Shown: piece by piece, positions 45,900-56,470 of the stretch
Layout: the number at the start of each line of letters is the position of its first letter
How positions within the stretch are numbered: position 1 is the stretch's first letter
Source: Planctomycetota bacterium
Lineage (GTDB): Bacteria > Planctomycetota > B15-G4
Assembly: GCA_038212275.1 (NCBI GenBank)
Contig: JBBQUR010000007.1
Span: forward strand, 96,001 to 160,000
Reading direction: 5' to 3'
DNA: 64,000 nt
Made by a program: the position numbers and the translations under genes
Notes under the pieces: model-generated
Databases searched by the model: none
What the model saw: the letters and a program-made list of their open reading frames with translations, nothing else
What the model was told of the DNA's origin: nothing

Positions 45900-47050
45900 C
45901 CGGAGAAGGGGTAGAGCCAGTTGAACCACGAGTAGGAGCGCAGCGCGATCTTGCGCAGGATCACGAAGCCGCTGTCGGGGTTGGTGTAAATCGCAGCGCG
46001 GCCCTGCGTGCCGATGGGGAACAGCGACGGATCCTCGCCGTCGAGCGCGATGGCCACGGCGAACTGTCCCTGCGGGATGTCGGCGGGCTCCGCCTGGAAA
46101 TTCGGCAGTGTGCCGCTGGGCAGCATCTGCCCCGCGCCGCTCCCCTGCCAGATGGCGAGTACCTTGCCGGGGAAGACCTGGCCCGGATACAGGTCGAGCG
46201 CCGTCTCCACGAACTGGCCGGGCTTCACGTACTTCAGGTTCTCCTGGAAGTAGTGCGCCAGCAGATAGCGGTCCGCGTCGCAGACGAGGGAGGCGATGGC
46301 GCCGAAGCGCACCTCTCCCGCCACCATGCCCGGGCGCACCTGCAGATTGATGATGGTGCCGTCCTCGGGCGCCACCATGAGCGTGTTGTCGAGATAGTAG
46401 AGCGCCTGATCGAGCTCCGCCTGGACCGACGCCACGGTCGTGTTCACGCCATCGATGTCGGTCGTGAGGTGCAGGCGCGCGCGCAGTTCATCGGCCTGCG
46501 CCTGCTGGATGCCGGCTTCGTTGGCAGCCACCTGAGCAGACCACTTCTGGCTGTCCTCCTCGGGGCCTGCTCCCTGGCCGGCCAGGTCCGCAGAAAGCTT
46601 CTGCTGATACTGCGCGTACACCAGCTCGCTGCGAAGCTGCACCACCTTCTGCGTGGCGGCTGCGAGGTCGGCCTGCATGACGAGCACGTCCTGCTTCGCG
46701 CGGGCCAACTCGGCCTGGAACTGCCGGACCTTATACTCGTAGGGACGGCGGTCGAACTGGAACAGCGGCGTCCCCTTCGCGACGTGCCGGTTCGGCTCGA
46801 CGAGCACGGCCGTCACGAGCGTGGGTTCAGAGAGCCGCGGCGTGAGCTGGATCGTGTGCTGGATCAGCGTGGCCTCCGTGCTGCACGGCGTCACGAAGCG
46901 CAGGCCGATCATGAAGATGATGAGGATGTGCAACCCGAATGCGACGGACACGACGCCCCAGGCGATGCTGAACTTGATCCACTGGAAGCGGAAGAAGACC
47001 AGCCAGCACAGGGCCACGTAGCCGAAGAGCACGACGAAGGCGGTGATCAT
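45896..47050 (-). CDS. HlyD-family membrane fusion protein (YibH/YiaV-like)
   Basis: Two N-terminal TMs; V.KG.PLFQFD..PY, APEDG and YPGQVF.GKV. Confidence 0.88.
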   Translation of the reverse strand: MITAFVVLFGYVALCWLVFFRFQWIKFSIAWGVVSVAFGLHILIIFMIGLRFVTPCSTEATLIQHTIQLTPRLSEPTLVTAVLVEPNRHVAKGTPLFQFDRRPYEYKVRQFQAELARAKQDVLVMQADLAAATQKVVQLRSELVYAQYQQKLSADLAGQGAGPEEDSQKWSAQVAANEAGIQQAQADELRARLHLTTDIDGVNTTVASVQAELDQALYYLDNTLMVAPEDGTIINLQVRPGMVAGEVRFGAIASLVCDADRYLLAHYFQENLKYVKPGQFVETALDLYPGQVFPGKVLAIWQGSGAGQMLPSGTLPNFQAEPADIPQGQFAVAIALDGEDPSLFPIGTQGRAAIYTNPDSGFVILRKIALRSYSWFNWLYPFSG

Positions 47051-47063
47051 CGCGGCGCGGCCT

Positions 47064-47504
47064 TCAGGCCTTCGGGCCGGGGGATGGTGGCGGCTCGGGT
47101 GGCGGCGGGCCGGGTTCGCCGGGGTGCTTGCCGGCACCTGGTGCCGGCGGCCTCGCACGCGGCGCGGCGGCGGGTGCGGGCGCGGTGGCGGGCGGCGGCG
47201 TGCCGCCGAGGCGCGCGATGTCGGCGTCGATGGCCTGCGCTTCCGCTTGCGGGAAGCGGCGGATGTCCACGATCTCCGTGGGCTTGTAGGCCCAGATGAA
47301 GGCCTGCACCCACGGGTAGATGGTGGGCAGCAAGCCGGCCCAGCCGAGCAGCTTCACCGCTTCCGCATCGGGGTGCTTGCGCGCGACGGCGATGCGGCCG
47401 GGCAGGCCGGCCATCCAGACCCAAGCGGCCACGAGCCCCACGCCGCACAGCGCCAGCGTGAGGAAAGTGAGGTAGTCCCAGAGGTCGAGTTGAAAGCCGA
47501 GCAC
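47064..47504 (-). CDS. DUF3302-family small membrane protein
   Basis: LPGRIA..RKHP.AEAV...GW.....W..AFIWAY; GGAGG RBS before GTG at 47504. Confidence 0.85.
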   Translation of the reverse strand: MLGFQLDLWDYLTFLTLALCGVGLVAAWVWMAGLPGRIAVARKHPDAEAVKLLGWAGLLPTIYPWVQAFIWAYKPTEIVDIRRFPQAEAQAIDADIARLGGTPPPATAPAPAAAPRARPPAPGAGKHPGEPGPPPPEPPPSPGPKA

Positions 47505-47707
47505 GTTGCCTCCGTTGCACTCCAAGTTTTACCTGCGTGCACGACAGGCCTTTCCCGCGCGGCCCGAGAATAGCGACGCACGCCTGCGAATGCGACGGCG
47601 GAGCGTACCTGCAGACCACGTGCCAGTCTGCGGGCAGCCGCGGGGTGCGCCCGGAGACGCCGCCCACTGGCATGTCGGCCGCCGCGGACGGTGCGCGGTG
47701 CCACCCG

Positions 47708-48058
47708 ATGCTGGAGTCCCGCGTGAAGCTGCTCGCTGCCTTCGTGCTCGTCGTGTCGCTCGTGCCGGCCTGCTCGTCTCCGCCCAACACCTCCGGCGGC
47801 CCCGCCGGCGAGAAGCGCGCGATGGAGATCGCCGACTTCTACCGCTGCGCGACCGTGGCCTTCTTCTACCGGGAACACCTCGACTGCTTCGACGAGTACC
47901 TCGGCGGCGAGCCTGCGGCGCAGGGCGCCGCGGGGCAACCGCGCTGCGGTGGACGCCCCGCGTACGGAAAGCGTGCGGGCCGCTCCCGCTGTCGGGAACG
48001 GCCCGCTTGTTTCACAAAAGAAACCGAGGCTATTCGCGGCCGGCTCCGACCTTCTTGA
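47708..48058 (+). CDS. Short lipoprotein-like ORF, probably truncated
   Basis: VSLVPAC lipobox; coding-like only to about 47920, then runs through a terminator hairpin. Confidence 0.35.
   Translation: MLESRVKLLAAFVLVVSLVPACSSPPNTSGGPAGEKRAMEIADFYRCATVAFFYREHLDCFDEYLGGEPAAQGAAGQPRCGGRPAYGKRAGRSRCRERPACFTKETEAIRGRLRPS
47975..48012. terminator. Hairpin downstream of the arylsulfatase
   Basis: GCGGGCCG.CCCG / CGGG.CGGCCCGC stem. Confidence 0.5.
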
Positions 48059-50648
48059 GCGCTTCCTCGAACGTCTTGATGTCCGCGGGCGACAACTGCG
48101 GCCGATCGACTGCGATCGTCAGCTTGTCGAGCTTGGCGGTCAGCGGGAACGGCGGCATGTAGTCCTCGTCGTTGACGCCGGTGATCGTGTCGGAGCCGAC
48201 GTCGAAGCTCTCATCCCATTGCAGGATCATCGGGATCGTCTTCTCCATCCTCATGGTCGCGACGACCTTGCCGTCCACCTTGAACGTGGTGTCGGCAGGC
48301 CGGCCGATGCCTGAGAAGTTGTTGAAGGCCATCGTTCCCACGCCGAGGCCGTCGTACTTCGATTCGAACTCGATGGTATGCCTGCCGGGCGAGAGCGCGT
48401 CCGGGCCTTCCCATCTTGGGCGCTCCAGATCGAGCAGGTTCCAGCAGAACACCGGCTTGCCCTTGACCAGATACATGCCGAAGCCGGCGAACCGGCCGCC
48501 GGAGGTCACGATCATGCCCTCGGCGCCGCCTTCGGGCACCGTGATGTCCGCAGTGATGGTGAATGAGGTGTCGAGCAGGAACGGCGCATCACCCTGCGGC
48601 AAGCCGGTCATGGGATGCGTGTACACATACTCATTCCGACCCGCAGTGAGGCTCGGACGTGCGGCGGCAATCCGGGCGCCGACCGACGCATCCAGCGGAA
48701 GCACCTGATACTTCTCCGCTTCCTCGAGGAACATCGCGCGCATCTCCTTGACCTTGTCCGGATGCTGCGCGGCGACGTCTTCGGACTGGTTCCAACTGGT
48801 GCTCAGGTCGTAGAGCTGGAAGATCTGATTGTTCAACGGATCCGGGTTGGCCGCCGAGAAGGCATCCCACGGCACGCGGTTGACCTTGGTGCTCATGATC
48901 CAGCCGTCGTGGTAAATCGCCCGCTGGCCCATCATCTCGAAGTACTGAGTCAGGTGCCTGGACGGCGCCTTCGCGTTCTTCGCATCAAAGGTGTAGGCGT
49001 AGCTCGTGCCCTCGATCGGCTTCTGATCGATGCCGTCCACGACTTCGGGCGCCGCGATGCCGGTGACCTCCAGGATCGTGGGCACGTGATCGATCACGTG
49101 CATGAACTGATCGCGCAGGCCGCCCTTGTCCTTGATGCGGTTGGGCCACTGGATCACCATGTTCTGGCCGGTGCCGCCGAGACGGGACGCGTTCTGCTTG
49201 AACCAGTCGAAGGGCGTGTCGAAGGCCCAGGACCACCCGGCCGACATGTGGTTGTAGGCGAACTCGGTGCCCCAGGCTTCGTAGAACTTCGTCTGCACTT
49301 CCACCGACGGATGCACACCGTTGAAGAACGCGACCTCGCTGAACGTGCCGTCCGGCCCGCCTTCGGCGCTCGTGCCGTTGTCGCCGTTCTGGTAGATGAT
49401 CAGCGTGTTGTCGAGCTTGCCGAGATCCTCGAAATGCTGGATCACGCGACCGATCTCGTAGTCGTTGTAGGCGACAAAGGCGGCGAAGACCTCGACCTGG
49501 CGGATGTAGAGCTTCTTCGCCTCGTCGCTCAGCTTGTCCCAAGGCGTCAGGATGTCACCGGGCCACGGAGTGAGTTTCTGGCCCTTGGGAATCACTCCGA
49601 GCCGCTGCTGGTTCGCGAAGATGCGTTCACGCAGCTTCTCGTAGCCGTCGTCGAAGAGGTGCATCGCGTGGATCTTGTCCACCCACTCCTTGGTCGGGTG
49701 GTGCGGCGCATGCGAAGCGCCGGGGCAGTAGTGCAGGAAAATTGGCTGACTCGGGTCGGTCTGGTTGATCCGGTCCATCCAGTCGATGGCGTCATCGGCC
49801 ATCGCGGTGATCAGGTTCCAGGAACTCTCCTTGCCGGTGACTGGCCAGATTGCCGCCTTGGGATCCGAGCGATCCATCTTCAAGGTGCTCGGGTAGTCCT
49901 TGAAGGGATAGATCTGCGTGGTGTTGCGGAAGAGATTCGGCCCCCACTGGTTCGCGTCACCGCCGACGAAGCCATAGAAGTAGTCGAAGCCCATGCCGGT
50001 GGGCCACTGGGTGAACGGCCCGGCCTGGCTGGCTTCGTAGGTTGGCGTGTTGTGATTCTTGCCGAACCACGACGTCGCGTAGCCGTTGTCGCGCAGGATG
50101 CGGCCGATCGTCGCGTTGTCCGCGCCGATGACGCTGTCGTAGCCGGGGAAGCCGGTGGCCTGCTCGGAGATCACGCCGAAGCCCACCGAGTGGTGGTTGC
50201 GCCCGGTGATCAGCGCTGCGCGCGTCGGCGAGCACAGCGACGTGGAGAAGATGCGGTTGTAGCGCAGCCCGTTCGCCGCGATGCGGTCCATCGTGGGCGT
50301 CGGGATGACGCCGCCGAAGGTGCTCGGCACGCCAAAGCCGGAATCGTCGGTCAGGATGAGCAGAACGTTCGGCGCGTCCTTCGGCGGCACGACGCGCGGC
50401 GCCCACCAGGGCTTGGAACTCAGCGCATCGTCCTCGATCACGCCGCCGAACTCCGGCTGGGGGGACGGCAACTGGGTGCCGGGGATGGTCGTCGTGGCGC
50501 TGGGCGAGCCCATGGTGCCGGTGACCTGCACGACGCCTGCCTCCTGGTGCACGGAGCTGTTGCCATGCGAGGCGCAGCCTGCGATGAGCAGAATCGCAGC
50601 GCCACGAGTCAGCGTGCTGCCCGGGAATCGTGTGCGACGGGTCTTCAT
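48030..50648 (-). CDS. Cys-type (formylglycine-dependent) arylsulfatase lipoprotein
   Basis: GGAGAGG RBS; IAGC lipobox; PNVLLILTDD, CSPTRAALITGRN, GKNH, HAPH and GDNG. Confidence 0.93.
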   Translation of the reverse strand: MKTRRTRFPGSTLTRGAAILLIAGCASHGNSSVHQEAGVVQVTGTMGSPSATTTIPGTQLPSPQPEFGGVIEDDALSSKPWWAPRVVPPKDAPNVLLILTDDSGFGVPSTFGGVIPTPTMDRIAANGLRYNRIFSTSLCSPTRAALITGRNHHSVGFGVISEQATGFPGYDSVIGADNATIGRILRDNGYATSWFGKNHNTPTYEASQAGPFTQWPTGMGFDYFYGFVGGDANQWGPNLFRNTTQIYPFKDYPSTLKMDRSDPKAAIWPVTGKESSWNLITAMADDAIDWMDRINQTDPSQPIFLHYCPGASHAPHHPTKEWVDKIHAMHLFDDGYEKLRERIFANQQRLGVIPKGQKLTPWPGDILTPWDKLSDEAKKLYIRQVEVFAAFVAYNDYEIGRVIQHFEDLGKLDNTLIIYQNGDNGTSAEGGPDGTFSEVAFFNGVHPSVEVQTKFYEAWGTEFAYNHMSAGWSWAFDTPFDWFKQNASRLGGTGQNMVIQWPNRIKDKGGLRDQFMHVIDHVPTILEVTGIAAPEVVDGIDQKPIEGTSYAYTFDAKNAKAPSRHLTQYFEMMGQRAIYHDGWIMSTKVNRVPWDAFSAANPDPLNNQIFQLYDLSTSWNQSEDVAAQHPDKVKEMRAMFLEEAEKYQVLPLDASVGARIAAARPSLTAGRNEYVYTHPMTGLPQGDAPFLLDTSFTITADITVPEGGAEGMIVTSGGRFAGFGMYLVKGKPVFCWNLLDLERPRWEGPDALSPGRHTIEFESKYDGLGVGTMAFNNFSGIGRPADTTFKVDGKVVATMRMEKTIPMILQWDESFDVGSDTITGVNDEDYMPPFPLTAKLDKLTIAVDRPQLSPADIKTFEEALKKVGAGRE

Positions 50649-50879
50649 GTCCTCTCCTCTTGCTGCATCGGGATGAACGGTCGGGCGCGACGAGTCGTGC
50701 CCGGAACAGCTTCGCGATCCGGTTGCCGAAGGGCAAGCCGGAGAGCGGAGATCTTGTCGGACGGTGTCTCGTACCTCAAGACCCGCGACATCCGCTGGAT
50801 GCCGGAGCGGCACGTCGGCGCCTGCGCCTGCGCCTCTCCCGGCGGGGACGCCGCCGGTCTGCTCCGCGACGTCGGTGAC

Positions 50880-51175
50880 TTCGCCGGCTTCGGCGGACTC
50901 CGCGCATCGAAGCGCGCCTGCATCTCGCGCAGCTTGAGCACGCCGTGAAACACCGTGACCAGCATGGCGAGCACGAGCGTGCCGACGAAGGCCTTCTCGG
51001 TGCCGAAGTTGCCCTGCCGGTTGGCGACGCAGCCCGCGATGGTCAAGTCGAGGATGCCGAGGTTGATGAGCCAGTTCACTGCCTTCGACACGACGAAGTG
51101 CAGCGTTCCGAACGCGGCGAGCTGATTCAGCATGAAGGGCAGGATCGCCGCCTCCGGAATCAGTTGCGCGTACAA
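50880..51175 (-). other. Possible membrane-protein remnant
   Basis: Hydrophobic, codon-biased segment with no recognisable family or clear start. Confidence 0.25.
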
Positions 51176-51389
51176 CCTGGCGTGGACGCACCACGTCGGT
51201 GGTGCGGAGCCGCACGAACTCGAACACGAACACTTGCCCGAGCCGGGCGCCGCGCCGCACGTGCATGAGCTCGTCGACGCCGGCTCTGCCGCAGGCGCAG
51301 ACGGCGACGGGCGCCTTGGCCGACTTCGGCCGGGACGCGATCCTCGAGCTGAATGGCGTTCGCCGCGAGGAGGTCACGCAGGACGGATC

Positions 51390-51683
51390 CCGCGACGACG
51401 ACACGGGTGGCGCACGTTGTACGACCTGCTGCGCGACGTGCCGGGCTGGGTCTCTCCGGTGGGGCGGCAGGATCGCGATACGTCAGGCCTGCTGCTGCTC
51501 ACCAACGACACGCAGCTCGCGGACGCGGTCACGGATCCGATGAGTCACCCGCCGAACTCATATCGCGTGAAGGCCGCGACGCTGCTGACTGACGCGCAGC
51601 TACAGGCCCTGCGCGACGGTGTGCGCCCCGATCACGGCCCGACGTGCCCCGCGCAGGTCGAGCGCCTGCGCGGCGGCGCGTGA
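51390..51683 (+). pseudogene. RsuA/RluB-family pseudouridine synthase fragment
   Basis: RTLYDLL...PVGRQDRDTSGLLLLTND...Y.V; lacks the N- and C-terminal parts. Confidence 0.8.
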
Positions 51684-51798
51684 GCGGCAGGCTGTGCGAC
51701 AGCACGGGGTGGTGCGAGCCGGCCTTTCAACTCGGTCCCCACAGTCGGTAGACTCCCCGCCCTTGTCAGGAAGCCCGAAACATTCAGGAGAAGATGCC

Positions 51799-52383
51799 AT
51801 GCAGAAGCACTTGAAGACTCTCGTGCTCGGGGCGCTGCCCTTTCTTGCCGCCTCCCTCATCGCAGGCTGCGCGTCGACGCCGACGGCGCCGAGGCATGCG
51901 CAGGTCACCGATGAAGTCTCCGCCGAAGCCTCGGTCCTGGGCGTGAACAAGGCCTCGCGTGACATCACGATCCAGCGTCCCGATGGCGAGATCCTGGTGA
52001 TCGTCGCCGGGCCGGCGGTCCGGAACTTCGACCAGATCAAGGCGGGCGACAAGGTCGTCGCGCAGTACACCGTGTCCCTCGCGGCCCGTGTGCTCGCAGC
52101 GGGCGAGCCCGACACGGCGCCCGTCGCGGGCCTGGCAGCGGGTCGCGCCGAGACGGGACAAATGCCGGCCGGGGCGATCGGTGCGGGCGTGGCGCTGACC
52201 GTGAAGGTGCAAAGCGTCGACAAGGCGCAGCACATCGTGACGTTCACCGGCCCGGATGGCCGCATGCATGTCATGCGTGCCCAGCGCGACGAGGGCAAGG
52301 AGTTCGTCGATGGCCTCAAGTCCGGCGATCGCGTGGAACTGATCTACAAGGAGGCCGTTGCGATCTCGGTCAGCGCCAAGTAG
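51799..52383 (+). CDS. Conserved hypothetical lipoprotein with duplicated OB-like halves
   Basis: AGGAG RBS; IAGC lipobox; two ..GD.V...Y units. Confidence 0.8.
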   Translation: MQKHLKTLVLGALPFLAASLIAGCASTPTAPRHAQVTDEVSAEASVLGVNKASRDITIQRPDGEILVIVAGPAVRNFDQIKAGDKVVAQYTVSLAARVLAAGEPDTAPVAGLAAGRAETGQMPAGAIGAGVALTVKVQSVDKAQHIVTFTGPDGRMHVMRAQRDEGKEFVDGLKSGDRVELIYKEAVAISVSAK

Positions 52384-52400
52384 GCACGGGAGAAGCCCGC

Positions 52401-53087
52401 GTGCGTCCACCGAACGACTCCGGAGTCGGCGAGCAGGCCCCCCGCGACCTGCTCGCCGACTTCGATCGCGCCTACCGCGTCTTTCAGGACATGGTCGCGA
52501 GCCTGCGTGCGCTGCACGACCTCGGACCCGCCGTCACGATCTACGGCTCGGCGCGGCTGCACGAAGGTCACCCGCACTACGAACTGGCGCGCCGCACCGG
52601 GGCGGAGCTGGCGAAGGCGGGCTTCACCGTCATCACCGGCGGCGGCCCGGGAATCATGGAGGCGGGCAACCGCGGGGCGCACGAGGCCGGAGGCCACAGC
52701 CTCGGCTTCAACATCGTGCTGCCGCACGAGCAAGGCCTGAACCCGTACGTCGATCGCACGCTGACCTTCGACAACTTCTTCGTCCGCAAGCTCATGCTGC
52801 GCCGGTACTCGCAGGGCTTCGTGCTCATGCCGGGTGGCCTCGGGACGCTGGACGAGATCTTCGAGACAGCCACGCTCATCCAGTGCGGCAAGATCGCGCG
52901 CTTCCCCATCGTGCTCATGGGCGTGGACTACTGGCAGCCCATCGCCGACAGCCTGCGGCAGGTGATGCTCTCGGCCGGAACCGTGGGCGAGGGCGAGATC
53001 GAGATGTTCCGGACGGACTCGCCGGCCGAGGCGGTGCGCTACATCCGCGACAACGCGCCGGGCGCTGTCGCGCACGACCTGCACTGA
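52401..53087 (+). CDS. LOG-family (TIGR00730-like) nucleotide phosphoribohydrolase
   Basis: GSAR, TGGGPGIMEAGNRGA, FFVRK and PGGLGTLDE. Confidence 0.9.
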   Translation: MRPPNDSGVGEQAPRDLLADFDRAYRVFQDMVASLRALHDLGPAVTIYGSARLHEGHPHYELARRTGAELAKAGFTVITGGGPGIMEAGNRGAHEAGGHSLGFNIVLPHEQGLNPYVDRTLTFDNFFVRKLMLRRYSQGFVLMPGGLGTLDEIFETATLIQCGKIARFPIVLMGVDYWQPIADSLRQVMLSAGTVGEGEIEMFRTDSPAEAVRYIRDNAPGAVAHDLH

Positions 53088-53123
53088 CCCGCCGGCCAGC
53101 GCGGTGAACCTGCTCGGCCTGCG

Positions 53124-53574
53124 CGCCCCGAAGCACTGCTCGCGCGGCGCTGGCTGCTCGTGGAAGGCGAGACGGAGACGTGGCTGCTGCCGGAGTTCGC
53201 GCGCCACGTGGGGTACCGCCTGCCCATCGAGGGCGTCGAGCTGGTGGAGTACTCGCAGTGCGGCCTGCAGCCGGGAGGCGCGCACGCACATCACGGCCCT
53301 CGAGGAGCGCGACTTCGAGACCTGCCTGTGGCGCCACGGCTACGCGCGCCTGCTCGTACGCATGGCCGGCACGCCCGTGCAGCTGTCGGGCGAGACGGAG
53401 TCGGCCTGGGCGCGGCGGACGCTGCATCGCGCCGTCGAGCGGCACTCCAAGCCCCAGGTCGCCCTGCGGATCATCGAGGCGCTCGATGCCGCGCGGTCCC
53501 CGGGCGTGCCGCCGGCCATCGCGCACGTGATCGCAGCGACAGTCGCACTCGCGCGGGGCAGCGCCCGTCGTTGA
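53124..53574 (+). pseudogene. YbjD/OLD-family ATP-dependent endonuclease TOPRIM remnant
   Basis: ARRWLLVEGETETW...EGVELVEYSQCGLQP, a frame change near 53275, then HITAL...SKPQVA...VP....LARG. ATPase domain and an internal block are missing. Confidence 0.78.
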
Positions 53575-53630
53575 CGCCGGCGGCCGCGGGGGGGCATCGT
53601 CACGTCTCGACGCGCACTCGGATTCGCACG

Positions 53631-55358
53631 ATGCGAGAGAAGACAGGCTGGATCCGCTGGCTGCCGGGGCTCCTGACGCTGCGCCGCTACGAGGCGGCGT
53701 GGCTGCCGCGCGATCTCGCCGCCGGCCTCGTGTTGACCACGATGCTGGTGCCGGTCGGCATCGCGTATGCCGTGGCCTCGGGCGTGCCGGGCATCTACGG
53801 CCTGTACGCGACCATCGTGCCGCTACTCGCCTATGCGCTGTTCGGGCCCAGCCGCATTCTCGTGCTGGGGCCGGACTCGGCGCTCGCCGCCGTCATCCTC
53901 GGCACGGTGCTGCCGCTCTCGGGCGGCGATCCCGAGCGCGCCATCGCGCTCGCCGGCGCGATGGCCCTCGTCTCGGGCTCCGTGTGCGTCGTCGCGGGAG
54001 TCGCGAAGCTGGGCTTCATCACCGAGCTGCTGTCCAAGCCGATTCGCTATGGCTACATGAATGGCATCGCTCTCACGGTGCTCATCAGTCAGGTGCCGAA
54101 GCTCTTCGGCTTCAAGATCGAGAGCGAAGGGCCGCTGCGGAACATGTGGGCCATCGGCCTGGCGATTGTGGGCAACCAGACGAACTGGACGGCGTTCGCG
54201 ATCGGCGCCGGCACGCTGGCGCTGATTCTCCTGCTGAAGCGCTTCCAGCGCGTGCCCGGCATCCTGATCGCAGTGGTCGTGGCCACCGTCCTCGTCGGCG
54301 CGCTGGATCTGGCCACGACGGCCGGGATTTCAGTCCTGGGTTCGCTGCCGCAGGGCCTGCCAGGCTTCGCGCTGCCCTGGATCCGGCAGGACGACATCGT
54401 GCCGGTGCTGATCGGCGGCGTCGCCGTCGCGCTGGTCTCGTTCGCCGACACCAGCGTGCTGTCCCGCTCCTATGCGGCGCGCCTGCGCACGGCGGTGGAT
54501 CCGAACCAGGAGCTGGTGGGCCTGGGCGCGGCCAACCTGGCGGCAGGCTTTTTCCAGGGCTTTCCGATCAGCAGCAGTTCGTCGCGCACGCCTGTCGCGG
54601 AGGCCTCGGGCGCGCGTACGCAACTGACCGGAGTCGTCGGCGCCGTTGCCGTGGCGCTGCTGCTGGTGTTCGCGCCGAATCTGCTGAAGCACCTGCCGTC
54701 GGCGGCGCTGGCGGCCGTCGTCATAGCCTCGGCCATCGGCCTGTTCGAGATCGGCGATCTCATTCGCATTCACCGCATCCAGCCGTGGGAGGCCTGGCTC
54801 TCGATCGTCTGCCTGGTGGGCGTCGCCGTCTTCGGCGCCATTCCCGGCATCGGCATCGCGGTGGTCATCGCGGTGATCGAGTTCCTGTGGGATGGTTGGC
54901 GGCCGCACTCCGCCGTGCTGGCACGCGCCGAGGGCGTCAAGGGCTACCACGACATCACGCGCTACCCCGAGGCCCGGCGCATTCCCGGCCTCGTGCTCTT
55001 CCGCTGGGATGCGCCGCTCTTCTTCGCCAACGCGGAGCTGTTCCGCGAGCGCGTGCTCGAGGCCGTCGCCACGTCGCCGACGACGGTCAACTGGCTGGTG
55101 GTCTCGGCGGAGCCGGTCACCAGCGTGGACATCACGGCGCGCGACATGCTGGAGGAGCTGGACAACACGCTGCAGGAAGCCGGCGTCGAGTTGTGTTTCG
55201 CCGAGCTCAAGGATCCCGTGAAGGACAAGCTCAAGCGCTTCGGACTCTTCAAGCAACTCGGTGAGGACATGTTCTTTCCCACGCTCGGCTCGGCGGTCAG
55301 CCGCTATCTCGAGAGCCACGAGGTGGAGTGGAAGGATTGGGAAGATCGGCATCCATGA
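53631..55358 (+). CDS. SulP-family anion transporter with STAS domain
   Basis: DLAAGL, GLYAT, YALFGPSR, NQEL..LG.AN, SSSSRT and APLFFANA. Confidence 0.93.
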   Translation: MREKTGWIRWLPGLLTLRRYEAAWLPRDLAAGLVLTTMLVPVGIAYAVASGVPGIYGLYATIVPLLAYALFGPSRILVLGPDSALAAVILGTVLPLSGGDPERAIALAGAMALVSGSVCVVAGVAKLGFITELLSKPIRYGYMNGIALTVLISQVPKLFGFKIESEGPLRNMWAIGLAIVGNQTNWTAFAIGAGTLALILLLKRFQRVPGILIAVVVATVLVGALDLATTAGISVLGSLPQGLPGFALPWIRQDDIVPVLIGGVAVALVSFADTSVLSRSYAARLRTAVDPNQELVGLGAANLAAGFFQGFPISSSSSRTPVAEASGARTQLTGVVGAVAVALLLVFAPNLLKHLPSAALAAVVIASAIGLFEIGDLIRIHRIQPWEAWLSIVCLVGVAVFGAIPGIGIAVVIAVIEFLWDGWRPHSAVLARAEGVKGYHDITRYPEARRIPGLVLFRWDAPLFFANAELFRERVLEAVATSPTTVNWLVVSAEPVTSVDITARDMLEELDNTLQEAGVELCFAELKDPVKDKLKRFGLFKQLGEDMFFPTLGSAVSRYLESHEVEWKDWEDRHP

Positions 55359-56434
55359 AAGTACTGAACTGGCTGCTGCTCTTCGTGCCCGTCGCCATCG
55401 CGCTCGAGTTCCTCGCGCCCGAACACCACCTGCTCGTCTTCGCGGCCTCGGCCATTGCGATCCTTCCGCTCGCAGGCTGGATGGGCCGCGCCACGGAGCA
55501 GTTGGCGGAGCGCATGGGCGAAGGCGTCGGCGGTCTGCTCAACGCCACCTTCGGCAACGCGGCCGAGCTCATCATCGCGCTCGCCGCGCTGCGCGCCGGC
55601 CTGCACGACGTGGTGAAGGCGTCGATCATCGGCTCCATCGTCGGCAACATCCTGCTGGTGCTCGGCGCCGCGATGCTCGCCGGCGGCCTGCGCCATCGCG
55701 AGCAGCACTACAACCCTGCCGGCGCCCGCTCCCAGGCCACGATGCTGACGCTGGCCGCGATCGCGCTGGTGCTTCCCGCCGCGTTCCAGGCCGCGGCCAG
55801 CTCGACGCCGGAATCGCTCGGCAAGCTCAGCGTCTCGATGTCCGTGGTGCTGCTCGTCGGCTACCTGCTGTATCTCGTCTTCACGCTGGTGACCCACGCA
55901 TCACTGTTCAAGGGCTCGCATGCACCCGACGAGAGCAAGGAACACGCCCCGCCCTGGCCCGTGAGCCGGTCCGCGCTGGTGCTGGCCGCATCCACCGTGG
56001 CGGTTGCCTGGATGAGCGAGATCCTGGTGGGCGCGATCGAGCCGACGGCGCACGAACTCGGACTCAGCAACGTCTTCGTCGGCGTCTTCGTCGTCGCGAT
56101 CCTGGGCAACGCGGCCGAGCATGCGACGGCGATCACCGTCGCCCTGAAGAACCGCATGGACCTCTCGCTGTCCATCGCCATTGGTTCCAGCGTGCAAGTG
56201 GCGCTGTTCGTGGCGCCACTCCTCGTGCTGGTCAGCCTGTTCCTCGGCCCCACGCCGATGGACCTGGCCTTCGCCCCGGGCCTCGTGCTGATGGTGCTGC
56301 TCTCGGTGCTCATCACCGGCCAGGTCGCCGGCGACGGCCGCTCCGACTGGCTCAAGGGCCTGCAACTGCTGGCCGTGTATCTGATCCTCGCGCTGACGTA
56401 CTTCTTCCTGCCGGGAGTGAGCGCGCCGGCCTAG
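55355..56434 (+). CDS. Ca2+/H+ antiporter (CAX/ChaA family)
   Basis: GGLLNATFGNAAE, GNAAEH and IAIGSSVQ; ATGA overlap with the SulP gene. Confidence 0.93.
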   Translation: MKVLNWLLLFVPVAIALEFLAPEHHLLVFAASAIAILPLAGWMGRATEQLAERMGEGVGGLLNATFGNAAELIIALAALRAGLHDVVKASIIGSIVGNILLVLGAAMLAGGLRHREQHYNPAGARSQATMLTLAAIALVLPAAFQAAASSTPESLGKLSVSMSVVLLVGYLLYLVFTLVTHASLFKGSHAPDESKEHAPPWPVSRSALVLAASTVAVAWMSEILVGAIEPTAHELGLSNVFVGVFVVAILGNAAEHATAITVALKNRMDLSLSIAIGSSVQVALFVAPLLVLVSLFLGPTPMDLAFAPGLVLMVLLSVLITGQVAGDGRSDWLKGLQLLAVYLILALTYFFLPGVSAPA

Positions 56435-56470
56435 CGCGAGCGCTGCTCGCGCGGCGCACAACACGTGAGC

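Noticed and set aside
50649..51404. N-terminal extension of the arylsulfatase ORF
   Set aside because: A strong RBS and lipoprotein signal put the start at 50648.
53160..53630. TOPRIM-SulP fusion suggested by ORF 53160..55358
   Set aside because: Read-through from the YbjD remnant; SulP similarity starts at ATG 53631.
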